A DNA stretch of 54,643 nucleotides from Desulfuromonas sp. (GTDB lineage Bacteria; Desulfobacterota; Desulfuromonadia; Desulfuromonadales; Geopsychrobacteraceae). Below are positions 1-9,757 of this stretch, in pieces (within the stretch, counting starts at the first letter, position 1; each line of letters starts with the position of its first letter). The stretch covers positions 1-54,643 of the forward strand of contig PKUG01000183.1 of the NCBI GenBank assembly GCA_002869665.1. Direction: 5' to 3'. The position numbers and the translations under genes are program-made. The notes beneath the pieces are model-generated. The model saw nothing but the letters and a program-made list of their open reading frames with translations, had not been told where the DNA came from and made no database searches.

Positions 1-33
1 ATAATTCCTAGTTATCTGTAAGTTATAAGACCA

Positions 34-81
34 GAAAAACAAAAAACCGTCCAAATGATTAACAACCCATCACTTGAACGG
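34..81 (-). terminator. Hairpin plus T-tract downstream of hemB, possibly bidirectional
   Basis: CCGTCCAAATGAT (47-59) pairs with ATCACTTGAACGG (69-81) at 11 of 13 positions with a 9-nt loop. On the minus strand it is followed by TTTTTTGTTTTTC. Confidence 0.4.
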
Positions 82-171
82 TTTTTCCTTCCCCCCTATC
101 AAATTATTGTTTTAACGTCTATTTCTTATAGCAAAACCTCTTTATTCCCGCAAGAAAGTTTCTCAGTCGGA

Positions 172-1089
172 TTACCCCTTCAGCAACCTCGCCGCTTCCT
201 TGGCGTGATAGGTGATGATCAGGTCGGCCCCGGCGCGCTTCATGCTGAGCAGGGTTTCCATCATCACCCGATCGCCATCAACCCAGTCGTTGGCGGCGGC
301 GGCTTTGACCATGCTGTATTCGCCGGAGACGTTGTAGGCGACCAGCGGCAGGTCGAAGTTGTCCTTCAGTTCGCGGAGGATATCCAGGTAGGCCAGGGCC
401 GGCTTGACCATGAGGAAGTCAGCCGCTTCGGCGAGATCCTGGTTCGCTTCGCGCAGGGCTTCGAGGCGGTTGGCCGGGTCCATCTGGTAGGTGCGCCGAT
501 CGCCGAAGGCCGGGGTGCTCTCGGCGGCGTCGCGGAACGGGCCATAGTAGGCGCTGGCGTACTTGACGGCGTAGCTCATGACCGGAATGTGTTCAAAACC
601 GTTTTCGTCGAGGATATCGCGCAGGGCGGCAATACGACCGTCCATCATGTCAGACGGGGCGACGATATCGGCACCGGCCTGGGCGTGGGACAGGGCTTCC
701 TTGGCCAGCAGCTCGAGGGTCGCGTCGTTGTCGACGTCACCGTCCTTGATGATCCCGCAGTGACCGTGGTCGGTGTATTCGCACATGCAGACGTCGGTAA
801 TCACCAGCAGCTCCGGCACTTCTTCCTTGATAGCGCGGATGGTGTTCTGGATGATGCCGCTGGCGCAGTAGGCGTCAGAGCCAACGGCGTCCTTGGCTTC
901 GGGAATGCCGAAGAGGATCACCGCCGGGATACCCAGCTCGTAGACCTCTTTGGCCTCGGCAACGATATGCTCAATCGACTGCTGATAGATACCGGGCATC
1001 GAGGGGATTTCTTTTTTGATGTTTTCGCCAAAGGCGCTGAACATCGGATAGATCAGATCGTCAACCCGCAGGTGGGTTTCCCGGACCAT
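172..1089 (-). CDS. hemB: Porphobilinogen synthase (delta-aminolevulinate dehydratase). This is the longest uninterrupted part; the conserved N-terminus continues upstream to ATG 1146 but is broken by an in-frame TAA at 1102-1104.
   Basis: The 305-aa ORF carries PBGS hallmarks: [23 protein letters not shown], and the active-site Lys context [13 protein letters not shown]. It lies at the end of the hemA-C-D cluster. Confidence 0.9.
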   Translation of the reverse strand: MVRETHLRVDDLIYPMFSAFGENIKKEIPSMPGIYQQSIEHIVAEAKEVYELGIPAVILFGIPEAKDAVGSDAYCASGIIQNTIRAIKEEVPELLVITDVCMCEYTDHGHCGIIKDGDVDNDATLELLAKEALSHAQAGADIVAPSDMMDGRIAALRDILDENGFEHIPVMSYAVKYASAYYGPFRDAAESTPAFGDRRTYQMDPANRLEALREANQDLAEAADFLMVKPALAYLDILRELKDNFDLPLVAYNVSGEYSMVKAAAANDWVDGDRVMMETLLSMKRAGADLIITYHAKEAARLLKG

Positions 1090-1173
1090 GCGGCGGATAT
1101 TTTAATTGCGGCGCAGACGGCGCGGACGATAACTGGGAAAGTACATAATTGAATCTCCTGTTATGTTTGTAAC

Positions 1174-1252
1174 GATACTGCTGGTATCGGTATCGCAAAC
1201 AATCCTATTTACAGAAAGTGAAAATTCGATTCCGATTTCGATAGCGATCCCG
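1174..1252. repeat. Degenerate hexamer repeats (GGTATC / GGAATC type) in the hemD-hemB spacer
   Basis: GATACTGCTGGTATCGGTATCG (1174-1195) and ATTCGATTCCGATTTCGATAGCGATCCCG (1224-1252). The 6-nt periodicity matches the arrays at 34.26, 38.58, 40.27 and 50.66 kb. Confidence 0.6.
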
Positions 1253-1325
1253 AAAAAACAAAAAAATACTTACAACCTTCAGAACTAGTTCGCTTTTTCT
1301 CAGAAACGAACCTCTGCCTGCGCCC

Positions 1326-2108
1326 CTACTTCGAATAATACCCGACCATCGCCTGAACCAGGGAATCGAGGGTCCAGCGTTCCGGTTCAAGATCGACCTG
1401 GTAACCCTGTGTGCGGATCGCTTCCGAGGTCTGAGGGCCGATGGAGAACAGTCGCGTTCCGGCGAGCAGCTCCCTGGCGTCAGCGCCGAGCATTTCGAGC
1501 AGGTTATTGAACGTCGAGGGTGAGCTGAGGCAGATGGCGTCCAGCTTGCCGTCAGCGAGTTCCGCCCGAATCTGCGTGGCGTTCTCCTCCGGCATGAGCG
1601 TCCGGTAAGCGATCGGCGCGACAACCTCGGCACCGGCAGCGGTCAACTGCTCGATGATATAGGGGCGGGCCAGTTCGGCACGCGGATAGAGAATGCGCTT
1701 GCCGGCCACCCCCTGCTTGAGCAGCTCCGCGACCACCCCTTCGGCGCGGTGATCCTCCGGCACAAGATTAGGGCGGATGCGATTCTCGCGTAGCGCCTCG
1801 GCGGTTTTGGGCCCGAAGGCGACCACCTGAAGCATGGTCAGCACACCGATATACTGATTGTTTTCAAACAGGCGCTCGAAAAAAGCCTCGACCCCATTGG
1901 TCGACGTGAGGATGAGGATATCGAACTCATCCAGATCGCGCATGGCGAGATCGAGCGGCGCCCAGCTGACTGGCGGAACGATCTCGATCGTCGGGATGCA
2001 GACCGCTTCGCCCCCCTGCGCTTCGATCAGGGCGGCAAATTTGGCGGCCTGCTCCTGCGCCCGGGGGACCAGGAAACGGTGCCCGGAAAGTGGCTGTTCA
2101 GCACCCAA
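1326..2108 (-). CDS. hemD: Uroporphyrinogen-III synthase
   Basis: The 260-aa ORF has a HemD-like N-terminus (L.G.RFLVPRAQEQ) and sits between hemC and hemB. The apparent TTG start lies 2 nt after the hemC stop. Confidence 0.8.
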   Translation of the reverse strand: MGAEQPLSGHRFLVPRAQEQAAKFAALIEAQGGEAVCIPTIEIVPPVSWAPLDLAMRDLDEFDILILTSTNGVEAFFERLFENNQYIGVLTMLQVVAFGPKTAEALRENRIRPNLVPEDHRAEGVVAELLKQGVAGKRILYPRAELARPYIIEQLTAAGAEVVAPIAYRTLMPEENATQIRAELADGKLDAICLSSPSTFNNLLEMLGADARELLAGTRLFSIGPQTSEAIRTQGYQVDLEPERWTLDSLVQAMVGYYSK

Positions 2109-2110
2109 AA

Positions 2111-3058
2111 TCAGTCCTTGAAGGTTTCGCAGCCGTAAACTTCGTTGAGAATCTCGCCGGCACCCATGGTCAGCAACTCTTTTGCCAAGGCGACGCCGGT
2201 CGCTTCAGCCTCGTCGACATGGCAGGTGACGGTCTTCTTGAGCATCCGCTGCCCTTCGACGTCGGACACCAGGGCAGTCAACTCCAGCTGGTCACCGGTC
2301 ACGGTACCGAATGCCGCGATCGGCACCTGGCAGCCCCCTTCCAGAGTCGCCAGCACCGCGCGCTCGGCGATGACGGCACAGGCTGTCGGCGGATGGTTAA
2401 AGAAATCGATCAGTGCGTTGATTTCGTCATCGTCAATGCGGCTCTCAAGTCCCAATGCCCCCTGGCCGATGGCCGGCAGGCAGGTTTTGGGGTCGAGGTA
2501 GGCACCGATCTGGTCACCGAAGCCCAGGCGATGCATCCCGGCAGCGGCCAGCACCACGGCGTCCAGATTGTCTTCGCTCAGCTTGTTGATCCGCGTTTGC
2601 ACGTTGCCGCGGATATCGACCATCTCCAGGTCGGGGCGCAGGTTGAGCAGCTGGGCCTTACGGCGCAGGGACGAGGTCCCGATCCGGCCGCCTTGGCGAA
2701 TATCGTTGAGCTCCTTGTAGCCCTCCTTGAGGACCAGAATATCGCGCGGATCTTCACGCTCGGTGATGCAGCGCAGCCCGGTCCCTTCGGGGAAAAAGGT
2801 CGGGACATCCTTCATCGAGTGGACGGCGATATCGACCTCTTTGCGCAGCATGGCCTCCTGGATCTCCTTGACGAACAGCCCCTTGCCACCGACCATCGCC
2901 AACGGCACATCAAGGATCTTATCCCCCTGCGTTTTGATTTTGACCAGCGTAACCTCGAGGTCGGGGTAGCGCTTTTCTAGTTCTGATTTGACCCAGTTTG
3001 CCTGCCAGAGCGCCAGTGCGCTGGCACGGGTCCCGATTTTCAGTGTACGAAGAGCCAT
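2111..3058 (-). CDS. hemC: Hydroxymethylbilane synthase (porphobilinogen deaminase)
   Basis: MALRTLKIGTRASALALWQANWV and the cofactor-Cys context LEGGCQVPIAAFG are present. The start was moved to ATG 3058, which has AAGGAG upstream, so the gene no longer overlaps hemA. Confidence 0.92.
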   Translation of the reverse strand: MALRTLKIGTRASALALWQANWVKSELEKRYPDLEVTLVKIKTQGDKILDVPLAMVGGKGLFVKEIQEAMLRKEVDIAVHSMKDVPTFFPEGTGLRCITEREDPRDILVLKEGYKELNDIRQGGRIGTSSLRRKAQLLNLRPDLEMVDIRGNVQTRINKLSEDNLDAVVLAAAGMHRLGFGDQIGAYLDPKTCLPAIGQGALGLESRIDDDEINALIDFFNHPPTACAVIAERAVLATLEGGCQVPIAAFGTVTGDQLELTALVSDVEGQRMLKKTVTCHVDEAEATGVALAKELLTMGAGEILNEVYGCETFKD

Positions 3059-3077
3059 GCTATCTCCTTGTTGATGA

Positions 3078-4376
3078 TTATTCGTCGGCCAGTTCCCCGG
3101 CGTTGTCTTCTTCGACCGGGAGCGCGAACAGGGTGCGTACGGCGTCCAGATAGCTGTCGCCGTCATCGTTGTTGCTCGCCTGCTTCAGGATACTGGTCGG
3201 TTGATGCAGAATCTTGTTAACGATCGCCGCGCTCATCGCCTCGATGGCCCGGCGCTCCTTCTCCTTCAGCTCGCCAAGATTGGCCAGAGTCTTCTCCAGC
3301 TCGGCCTGACGGATCTCGTCCATGCGTCGACGCAGAGCGACGATCGTCGGCTTGACCTCGAGCGAAGCGAGCCAGGTCTGGAACTGACGGACCTCCTCCT
3401 CGACGATGACCTCGGCCTTGGCGGCCTCCTTCTGCCGCTCCTTGAGGTTGGCCTGAACCACCCCCTGCAGATCATCGACATCGTAAAGGTAGATGTTGTC
3501 GATCTTGTTGGCAGCCGGATCGATGTCACGCGGAACAGCGATATCGATGAGGAACATCGGTCGGTAGCGGCGCTCCTTGCAGACCTCTTTGAGCTTCTTC
3601 GCCGTCAGAACATAATCGGGCGAACCGGTCGATGACAGCAGGATATCGACCCGGTGCAGCTGCTCGCGGAAATTCTCGAAATTGACCGCCGTACCGTCAA
3701 ACTCGGCCGCCAGTTTTTCGGCCCGGCTGAAGGTCCGGTTGGTCACCAGGACTTTGGAGACACCGTTGTTGACAAAGTGCTTGGCCGCCAGCTCACACAT
3801 CTCACCGGCGCCGACCAGCATGACCGTCTTGTTCTCCAGAGTGTCGAAGATCTTGCGCGCCAGTTCGACCGCGGCGAAGGAGACGGATACCGCGTTGCTG
3901 GCGATACCGGTCTCGGTGCGGACGCGCTTGGCGACGGAGAAGGCCTTGTGCATGAAACGGTTGAGGATCGCCCCTGAGGTATTGTGCTCACAGGCGTAAC
4001 CGTAGGCGGTCTTGATCTGCCCGAGGATCTGCGGCTCGCCGACAACCATCGAATCAAGACTGGCCGCAACCCGAAGGACATGATGGATCGCCTCAACCCC
4101 GGCCAGATCATAGAGGTGGGCATCCAGCACCGCCGGATCCAGATTGTGAAAGTCCGCCAGGAAGGCCTTCAGTTCAATCACCGCACGCTCCGGCTGACGG
4201 CTGGCGGCATACAGCTCGACCCGGTTGCAGGTCGAAACGATGACCGCTTCAGAGACCGCCGGCAGGGTCACCATCCGCTGCAGCGGATCACCCATGGCCG
4301 TTGGCGGGAACGCGACTTTTTCTCGTATTTCTACCGGGGCGGTCTTATGACTCAGCCCTACGACAATGATATTCAT
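3078..4376 (-). CDS. hemA: Glutamyl-tRNA reductase
   Basis: [23 protein letters not shown], the catalytic Cys context [10 protein letters not shown], and the NADPH site VMLVGAGEM are present. Confidence 0.95.
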   Translation of the reverse strand: MNIIVVGLSHKTAPVEIREKVAFPPTAMGDPLQRMVTLPAVSEAVIVSTCNRVELYAASRQPERAVIELKAFLADFHNLDPAVLDAHLYDLAGVEAIHHVLRVAASLDSMVVGEPQILGQIKTAYGYACEHNTSGAILNRFMHKAFSVAKRVRTETGIASNAVSVSFAAVELARKIFDTLENKTVMLVGAGEMCELAAKHFVNNGVSKVLVTNRTFSRAEKLAAEFDGTAVNFENFREQLHRVDILLSSTGSPDYVLTAKKLKEVCKERRYRPMFLIDIAVPRDIDPAANKIDNIYLYDVDDLQGVVQANLKERQKEAAKAEVIVEEEVRQFQTWLASLEVKPTIVALRRRMDEIRQAELEKTLANLGELKEKERRAIEAMSAAIVNKILHQPTSILKQASNNDDGDSYLDAVRTLFALPVEEDNAGELADE

Positions 4377-4397
4377 CGATCAATTCGCCAGATCTGA

Positions 4398-5234
4398 TCA
4401 AACAGCAGAGAAAGATTCAAAGGTGTGATAGCCGCCCAGAAGCAGGCTCACCCCGAAGAACGTGAACAACAGGAACATAAACGCGATGATGGAGAAAAGC
4501 GCCGCCGTCCGCCCCCGCCAACCGACGGTCAGGCGGCCGTGGAGCAGACCGGCATATAGGAACCAGGTAATAAGCGCCCAGGTCTCCTTGGGGTCCCAGC
4601 TCCAGTAACTCCCCCAGGCGGTATTGGCCCAGAAGGCGCCACTGATAATCCCCAGGGTCATGAGTGGAAAGCCGACGCTCAGGCAGGTGTAGTTCACCTT
4701 GTCTAAGGTGTCGAGCGATGGGAGCAGCTGATAGATGCCGGTAAACCGTTTACTTTTCAGCATCCGGTTCTGAACCAGATACATGACCCCGGCACCAAAG
4801 GAGAGCGCAAAGGCGGCATTCCCGAGAAAGGCGAAAATGATGTGGACGGGAAACAGCCAACTTTTCAGCAGCGGGCTGAGCTGAATGACGACATTCGGGC
4901 TCAGCCCGCTGGCGATCATCAGGATAAAGGCAACGGGGGCGGCAAACGCCCCCATGACCGAAAGGTGAAAACGCAGGTCGAGCAGCAGAAAAAGCAGAAT
5001 CAGGCACCAAGCGAAGAAGGCCAGGGATTCGTGCAGGCTGGTGACCGGGGTCCCGCCGGTCGAAGAGTGGCGAAGAGCGAAGCAGGTCGCCTGGAGCAGG
5101 ATACCGACCAACAACAGCCAGCGCCCGGTACGACCGGCCTGGGGACGCTTGGCAATCATCGCAATCAGATAAAGAATACTTGCCGCGAGATAAGAGGCGG
5201 TCGTCGCGACAAATAGAAAGTTCAGGGAACCCAT
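4398..5234 (-). CDS. ccsA: Cytochrome c assembly protein, CcsA/ResC (HemX-like) family
   Basis: This is a polytopic membrane ORF with the Trp-rich heme-handling motif WGSYWSWDPKETWALITW. The start was chosen at MGSLNF (ATG 5234), which has GGAAGGA upstream. Confidence 0.8.
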   Translation of the reverse strand: MGSLNFLFVATTASYLAASILYLIAMIAKRPQAGRTGRWLLLVGILLQATCFALRHSSTGGTPVTSLHESLAFFAWCLILLFLLLDLRFHLSVMGAFAAPVAFILMIASGLSPNVVIQLSPLLKSWLFPVHIIFAFLGNAAFALSFGAGVMYLVQNRMLKSKRFTGIYQLLPSLDTLDKVNYTCLSVGFPLMTLGIISGAFWANTAWGSYWSWDPKETWALITWFLYAGLLHGRLTVGWRGRTAALFSIIAFMFLLFTFFGVSLLLGGYHTFESFSAV

Positions 5235-5359
5235 GGTTTTCCTTCCGTCATATTCTTGAGCGCTCCCCTCCTTAAAGGGCAAAGCCCCAATCGATTATTT
5301 TATTTTCCCCACTCGAGCGAGGTCAACATCTATTAAACAAAAAACGTCTGTTTCTCTCA

Positions 5360-5938
5360 CTATGACCTGAACAATTCGCATTCAACCAGTTCGCACAGCA
5401 GGTGTCCGGCGAACTGGGCCACCTCCAACATGCGCGGAACGGAGGCAGTCCCGAGGTCAAGGCACAGTTCAATGTCAGACCCGACCAGCGGATCCTTGGC
5501 CGGATCGAAGGTGATCAGAGCCACCTGCTGCCCGTTATCAAGAGCATCGTCGCGCAGGGCGGCCAAGGGTGCCGGATCGGATCCATCGTTCAACAGCAAA
5601 ACGATATGGCGTTCACTGCTTAGCGCCCGATAGTGCCGGGTCAGGATTTGCGCTTCGCGACCATCGGCATTCATCCTGCCGACCAGCAGCGGGTCATTGC
5701 CAAGACAAATTGCCGGCAACGCCGGGCGTTCGAAACTGAGGCGATAGGCGAACTGGCTGGCCATCAACTGGGCCACCGATTGCAGGCAACCATTGGCGGC
5801 AATGAGCAACTGCCCTCCCTCGGTGAACTCTGCTGCAATCCGCTTGGCCAGTCGTTCAAGTTGGGCATTCTGGTCATGACAGAAACGCTCCAGCAAAACC
5901 ACTGCCTGATTACAGACTGTCAGAATTTGCTGATTCAT
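5360..5938 (-). CDS. SIS-domain protein (GmhA/DiaA-like, degenerate sugar-phosphate motif)
   Basis: The layout resembles phosphoheptose isomerase/DiaA (..QLLIAANGC.QSVAQLMASQF..IVLLLNDGS..). However, ANGC replaces the usual GNGGS. The start is at MNQQIL, with GGAGG 9 nt upstream. Confidence 0.5.
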   Translation of the reverse strand: MNQQILTVCNQAVVLLERFCHDQNAQLERLAKRIAAEFTEGGQLLIAANGCLQSVAQLMASQFAYRLSFERPALPAICLGNDPLLVGRMNADGREAQILTRHYRALSSERHIVLLLNDGSDPAPLAALRDDALDNGQQVALITFDPAKDPLVGSDIELCLDLGTASVPRMLEVAQFAGHLLCELVECELFRS

Positions 5939-6097
5939 ACACACAACCTCCACTGCCGAAGAAATCATCCCGGGCGCCATGAGCCCTGCTGACCCGGCAT
6001 GATATGGGGTGAAGTCACCACTGTCAAGCAGACTGTCCCATCTGACGGCATGATTCTTGACAACAGGACTATGAAATTGCTTACCTTGAATACTGAC

Positions 6098-6125
6098 TTG
6101 ATTTTTCTAATTTTTTCTATATATT
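6098..6125 (+). promoter_or_regulatory. Candidate sigma-70 promoter of trxA
   Basis: TTGATT (6098-6103), a 16-nt spacer, then TATATT (6120-6125), about 65 nt upstream of the trxA ATG in an AT-rich spacer. Confidence 0.25.
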
Positions 6126-6190
6126 TGAATCCGTATGTCTACTGGATAAGTCTTATTTTCCGATAATGATTAGCTCAAAGGAGAATCTTA

Positions 6191-6520
6191 ATGGCTAGCG
6201 AAAAAGTTCTTGCGTTCACCGATGCCCAATTTGATGCCGATGTTCTGCAGTCCGACATGCCTGTTCTGGTCGATTTCTGGGCAACCTGGTGTGCACCCTG
6301 TCTGGCCGTCGCCCCGGTCCTCGACCAGTTGGCTGAAGACTATGACGGCAAGGTCAAGATCGGCAAGGTCAACGTCGACGAGAACCCCTCCTCCCCCAGC
6401 CAGTACGGTGTTCGCGGCATTCCGACAATGATCCTGTTCAAAGACGGCAAAGTTGTCGATCAACTGGTCGGCGCAGTACCGAAGAACCAGATCGAAGCCC
6501 TGCTGCAAAAAGCCCTGTAA
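6191..6520 (+). CDS. trxA: Thioredoxin with an atypical WCAPC active site
   Basis: The 109-aa ORF reads VLVDFWATWCAPCLAVAPVLDQLAE ... GIPTMILFKDGK, a canonical thioredoxin fold pattern. Confidence 0.92.
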   Translation: MASEKVLAFTDAQFDADVLQSDMPVLVDFWATWCAPCLAVAPVLDQLAEDYDGKVKIGKVNVDENPSSPSQYGVRGIPTMILFKDGKVVDQLVGAVPKNQIEALLQKAL

Positions 6521-6550
6521 TCCGGGCTGACAATTCGCGTAACAATGGAA

Positions 6551-6578
6551 AAGGCTCCCACATGGGAGCCTTTTCTCG
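6551..6578 (+). terminator. Rho-independent terminator after trxA
   Basis: AAGGCTCCCA..TGGGAGCCTT stem followed by TTCTCGTT. It lies between the convergent trxA and dtd genes. Confidence 0.7.
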
Positions 6579-6608
6579 TTAAAGCCACACAGACCAGCAT
6601 TATCCCGC

Positions 6609-7058
6609 TTAAAAAATCCGCAGACTGTCAAGCAGGATCGTCACCGGCCCATCATTCACCAGATCGACGGCCATATCTGCCTGAAAGCGCCCGGTCTGAA
6701 CCTCAAGCCCCTGCGCTTTGAGCCGGGCCACAAAGTAGTCGCAGAGGGGAGCCGCGATATCCGGAGCTGCGGCAGCACTGAAACCGGGGCGGCGCCCCTT
6801 GCGACAGTCGGCCAGCAGGGTGAATTGAGAAACGACCAGTACCGCGCCACCACAATCGCTGACCGAGAGGTTCATCTTCCCGGCCTCGTCCTCAAAAATT
6901 CGCAGGCCGGCAACCTTGTCCGCCAGATAATCCGCCGCTTTACTGTCGTCTCCGCCCTCAACCCCGAGCAGAACCAACAGCCCCGGCCCGATATCGGCTA
7001 TTTTTTCGCCGGCGACAGTCACTCCCGCCCGGCTGACCCGTTGCAAAACCGCACGCAT
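6609..7058 (-). CDS. dtd: D-aminoacyl-tRNA deacylase
   Basis: [15 protein letters not shown].., SQFTLLAD and GRRPGF motifs are present; 149 aa. Confidence 0.92.
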   Translation of the reverse strand: MRAVLQRVSRAGVTVAGEKIADIGPGLLVLLGVEGGDDSKAADYLADKVAGLRIFEDEAGKMNLSVSDCGGAVLVVSQFTLLADCRKGRRPGFSAAAAPDIAAPLCDYFVARLKAQGLEVQTGRFQADMAVDLVNDGPVTILLDSLRIF

Positions 7059-7064
7059 TCCTCT

Positions 7065-7943
7065 TTACTCCCTCAACTCACCAGCCAGGCGGCGCAGCAG
7101 AGCCAGATTTTCAAGATCATGACAATGATTCTCCCCGCCCGGCGTTTCCAGAATCCTGGGGACGGCGGCAAAACGCTCATCCCGCATCAGGGCTGCGAAA
7201 CCGACCGTACCGACAAATCCCTTGCCGACATGTTCGTGGCGATCGACCCGTGAGCCGAGGGCCTTCTTGCTGTCGTTAGCATGAAATAAAGCCAGGCGCT
7301 CACAACCGATCAGTCTGTCGAACTCGGCCATGACGTCGACATAGCCAGCCGCGCTGGACAGATCGTAACCGGCAGCAAAAGCGTGGCAGGTATCGAAACA
7401 GACGGCAAAATCCCCTTCAGGAACCAGCCGTATGATCTCGGCCAACTCCTCAAACCGCGCACCAAGACAGGTCCCCTGCCCGGCAGTGTTCTCCAGCAAC
7501 ACCCTCACGCCGCCAGGCGCTTTCTGGAAAATCTCGTGGAAACTCTCGGCGACACGCGCCAGCCCCGCTTCGGTTCCTGCCCCCATATGGGCACCGGGAT
7601 GCATGACCAGATCACCAATCCCCAACTGGTGACAGCGCCCCAATTCATCCAGAAAGGTGGTAATCGATTTACGCCGCAGGGCCTCATCCGGACTGGCCAG
7701 GTTGATCAGGTAACTGTCGTGGGCCGCGACGTATTGGATGCTGCTCAGTTCCCTGGCCTGACGGAATGCGCTCACCACCTCAGGCTTCAGCGGTGGAGCC
7801 TGCCAGCGACTGGCGTTGCGGGTAAAGATCTGGATTGCCGTGCAGCCGATCTCTTCCCCCCTGGCGAAAGCCTTTTCGATCCCGCCGGCGATCGAGACAT
7901 GGACGCCGAGCAACAGTGGGGTTTGTGTTTCTTCAGCAACCAT
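7065..7943 (-). CDS. nfo: Endonuclease IV (deoxyribonuclease IV)
   Basis: LGVHVSIAGG, HDSYLINLASP, ENTAGQG, CFDTCHAFAAGYD and HANDSK are present. ATG 7943 overlaps the stop of the upstream HAD gene (ATGA). A GTG at 7961 is also possible. Confidence 0.9.
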   Translation of the reverse strand: MVAEETQTPLLLGVHVSIAGGIEKAFARGEEIGCTAIQIFTRNASRWQAPPLKPEVVSAFRQARELSSIQYVAAHDSYLINLASPDEALRRKSITTFLDELGRCHQLGIGDLVMHPGAHMGAGTEAGLARVAESFHEIFQKAPGGVRVLLENTAGQGTCLGARFEELAEIIRLVPEGDFAVCFDTCHAFAAGYDLSSAAGYVDVMAEFDRLIGCERLALFHANDSKKALGSRVDRHEHVGKGFVGTVGFAALMRDERFAAVPRILETPGGENHCHDLENLALLRRLAGELRE

Positions 7944-8590
7944 CAGGAGGCATTCCGCCACGAATTGAGCAACGGCTCGATTTCGGCCACCCGCCCCAGG
8001 CGAACATCGATATAGGGATGCGCGACCTCGGCCTCCAGAGCGACGAGAACCGTTTTCATGCCAAACTGCTTGGCGGTTTCCAGGTTCTGGTGCTGATCTT
8101 CAACCATGACACAGGTCTCGCCTGAGAGGTTGAGCGCTTTCAGCACTTCGCGGTAGGGTCCGGGGTGGGGCTTCGGCTGGTACCCGGCTATCCGGATATC
8201 GAACACGCCGGAGAACAAGCCATCGAGGCCGAGCGCGCTGACGACACGATCGACATGACAACGAGAACCGTTGGTGAAGACGTAACAGGGGAGGGTCAAC
8301 TGCTCCAGGACCTGCTTCAACTCCGGATCATGAGACAGACGACTTCCGACGTCGACCGCGTGAACATAATCGAGGTAGTCCTCGGGATCGACAGTATGAT
8401 GGCGGATGAGACCCTGCAGGGTCGTGCCGTAATCCTGCCAGTAACGCCGCCGCAGGCCGTCGACCTCCTCCGGAGCGATGGCGACGATCTCCTCCATGTA
8501 ACGATTGATCCGCACATCGATCAGGGAGAAGAGATCACGTTCCGCCGGATACAGGGTGTTATCCAGATCAAAAAGTACCGCTTTTAACAT
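7943..8590 (-). CDS. HAD-superfamily hydrolase (pyrimidine 5-prime-nucleotidase-like)
   Basis: MLKAVLFDLDNTLY (DxDxT motif) and a C-terminal VMVEDQ..N segment are present. The start was set at ATG 8590 to avoid overlap with dapF. Confidence 0.8.
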   Translation of the reverse strand: MLKAVLFDLDNTLYPAERDLFSLIDVRINRYMEEIVAIAPEEVDGLRRRYWQDYGTTLQGLIRHHTVDPEDYLDYVHAVDVGSRLSHDPELKQVLEQLTLPCYVFTNGSRCHVDRVVSALGLDGLFSGVFDIRIAGYQPKPHPGPYREVLKALNLSGETCVMVEDQHQNLETAKQFGMKTVLVALEAEVAHPYIDVRLGRVAEIEPLLNSWRNAS

Positions 8591-8600
8591 AGCTCTGTTT

Positions 8601-9440
8601 CTAGGAAAGATGGTATTCACCACTGAACACTTCGACCGCCGGACCGGTCATCATGACCGGCCCTTCTTGCAGCCATTCTAGCTCCAGGTCGCCACCACGC
8701 AGATGGTTGACAATCTTGCGTTGCGTCCGACCGGTCAACACCCCGGCAACGGTCACCGCCGAAGCACCGGTCCCGCAAGCCAGGGTTTCGCCGGCCCCGC
8801 GTTCCCAGGTTCGCTGGATGACCTCGGTCGGTGAAAGCACCTGGACAAATTCAACATTTGTCCGCCGCGGGAACCAGGAGTGATTTTCGATCAGCGGTCC
8901 GATCTCGGTGACGGGAAAAGCTGCCACGTTGTCGACATAGATAACCGCGTGGGGGTTCCCCATTGAAACGCAGGTCAACGCAAAGGTCTGCCCACCAACG
9001 TCGAGGGGTAGCAGCAGTGCCTGCTCCTCAGCCGGGCCGACCATCGGCAGATCGCCCCGCAGCAGACGCGGTGCCCCCATGTTGACCCGGACCCGCTCGA
9101 TTTTCCCCGCCCCCCCGGGATACAGCTCCAAGGCAAGCACCCCGTTCCCGGTCTCGACGGAGATATCAAGTTTGTCGACGAGGCCATAATCATAAGCATA
9201 CTTGGCAACACAACGGATCCCGTTTCCGCACATCTCCGCCTCGCTGCCATCGGCGTTGAACATGCGCATGCGCACATCTGCCTCCCGCGACGGCAAGATA
9301 AGAATAAGACCGTCCGAACCAATACCGAAGTGACGGGCACTGACTTGCCGGGCCAGTTCGGCAGGGTCGTCAACCTGCTCGATAAAGCCGTTTATATAGA
9401 CATAATCATTTCCGGCACCATGCATTTTGGTAAATTTCAT
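8601..9440 (-). CDS. dapF: Diaminopimelate epimerase
   Basis: [16 protein letters not shown] is present, along with the two catalytic Cys contexts MCGNGIRC and ACGTGASA. Confidence 0.95.
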   Translation of the reverse strand: MKFTKMHGAGNDYVYINGFIEQVDDPAELARQVSARHFGIGSDGLILILPSREADVRMRMFNADGSEAEMCGNGIRCVAKYAYDYGLVDKLDISVETGNGVLALELYPGGAGKIERVRVNMGAPRLLRGDLPMVGPAEEQALLLPLDVGGQTFALTCVSMGNPHAVIYVDNVAAFPVTEIGPLIENHSWFPRRTNVEFVQVLSPTEVIQRTWERGAGETLACGTGASAVTVAGVLTGRTQRKIVNHLRGGDLELEWLQEGPVMMTGPAVEVFSGEYHLS

Positions 9441-9541
9441 TTTTCACCTCACCGAGCGGTTGTTGAGACGGGAAAGACTTTGTTACTATAATCCCCGCTG
9501 CAACACGACTCAACCGTTAACGCTAAAGATGTGGAGACCCC

Positions 9542-9757
9542 ATGGCATTCAATCTGAAAACTAAAATCTGGCAAACCGGCGCCCTTGATTGGTGGGCCAT
9601 GATCAACAACGAAGACGTCTACCTCGGCAACCGGGAATTCCCATTACCCCCGGAAGAGGGGGATGAATGGCTGGTCCGCTCGACCGGTGACCGATTCAAG
9701 GTCATCGATATGGAAATTTGCCTGATCGCCAAAGAGGATCCCGTCACCCCATGGTAG
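9542..9757 (+). CDS. Hypothetical small protein (71 aa)
   Basis: GGAGA lies 7 nt before the ATG. The stop overlaps the start of the next gene (ATGGTAG), which suggests translational coupling. No family was recognised. Confidence 0.5.
   Translation: MAFNLKTKIWQTGALDWWAMINNEDVYLGNREFPLPPEEGDEWLVRSTGDRFKVIDMEICLIAKEDPVTPW

Noticed and set aside
1102-1104. The stop codon in hemB read as a recoded amino acid (selenocysteine or pyrrolysine).
   Set aside because: The codon is TAA, not TGA or TAG. The position is not a catalytic residue, and no SECIS-like context was sought or seen.
55-1152. 365-aa plus-strand ORF covering the hemB locus.
   Set aside because: It is a mirror ORF of a GC-rich gene. 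Its translation is Gly/Ala/Val/Arg-rich with no recognisable motif, whereas the minus strand encodes an unmistakable HemB.
2090-4397. Plus-strand ORFs 2090-2980, 2145-2501, 3201-3635, 3654-3977 and 3984-4397, antisense to hemC and hemA.
   Set aside because: They are antisense shadow ORFs typical of high-GC coding regions. The minus-strand products carry full HemC and HemA signatures.
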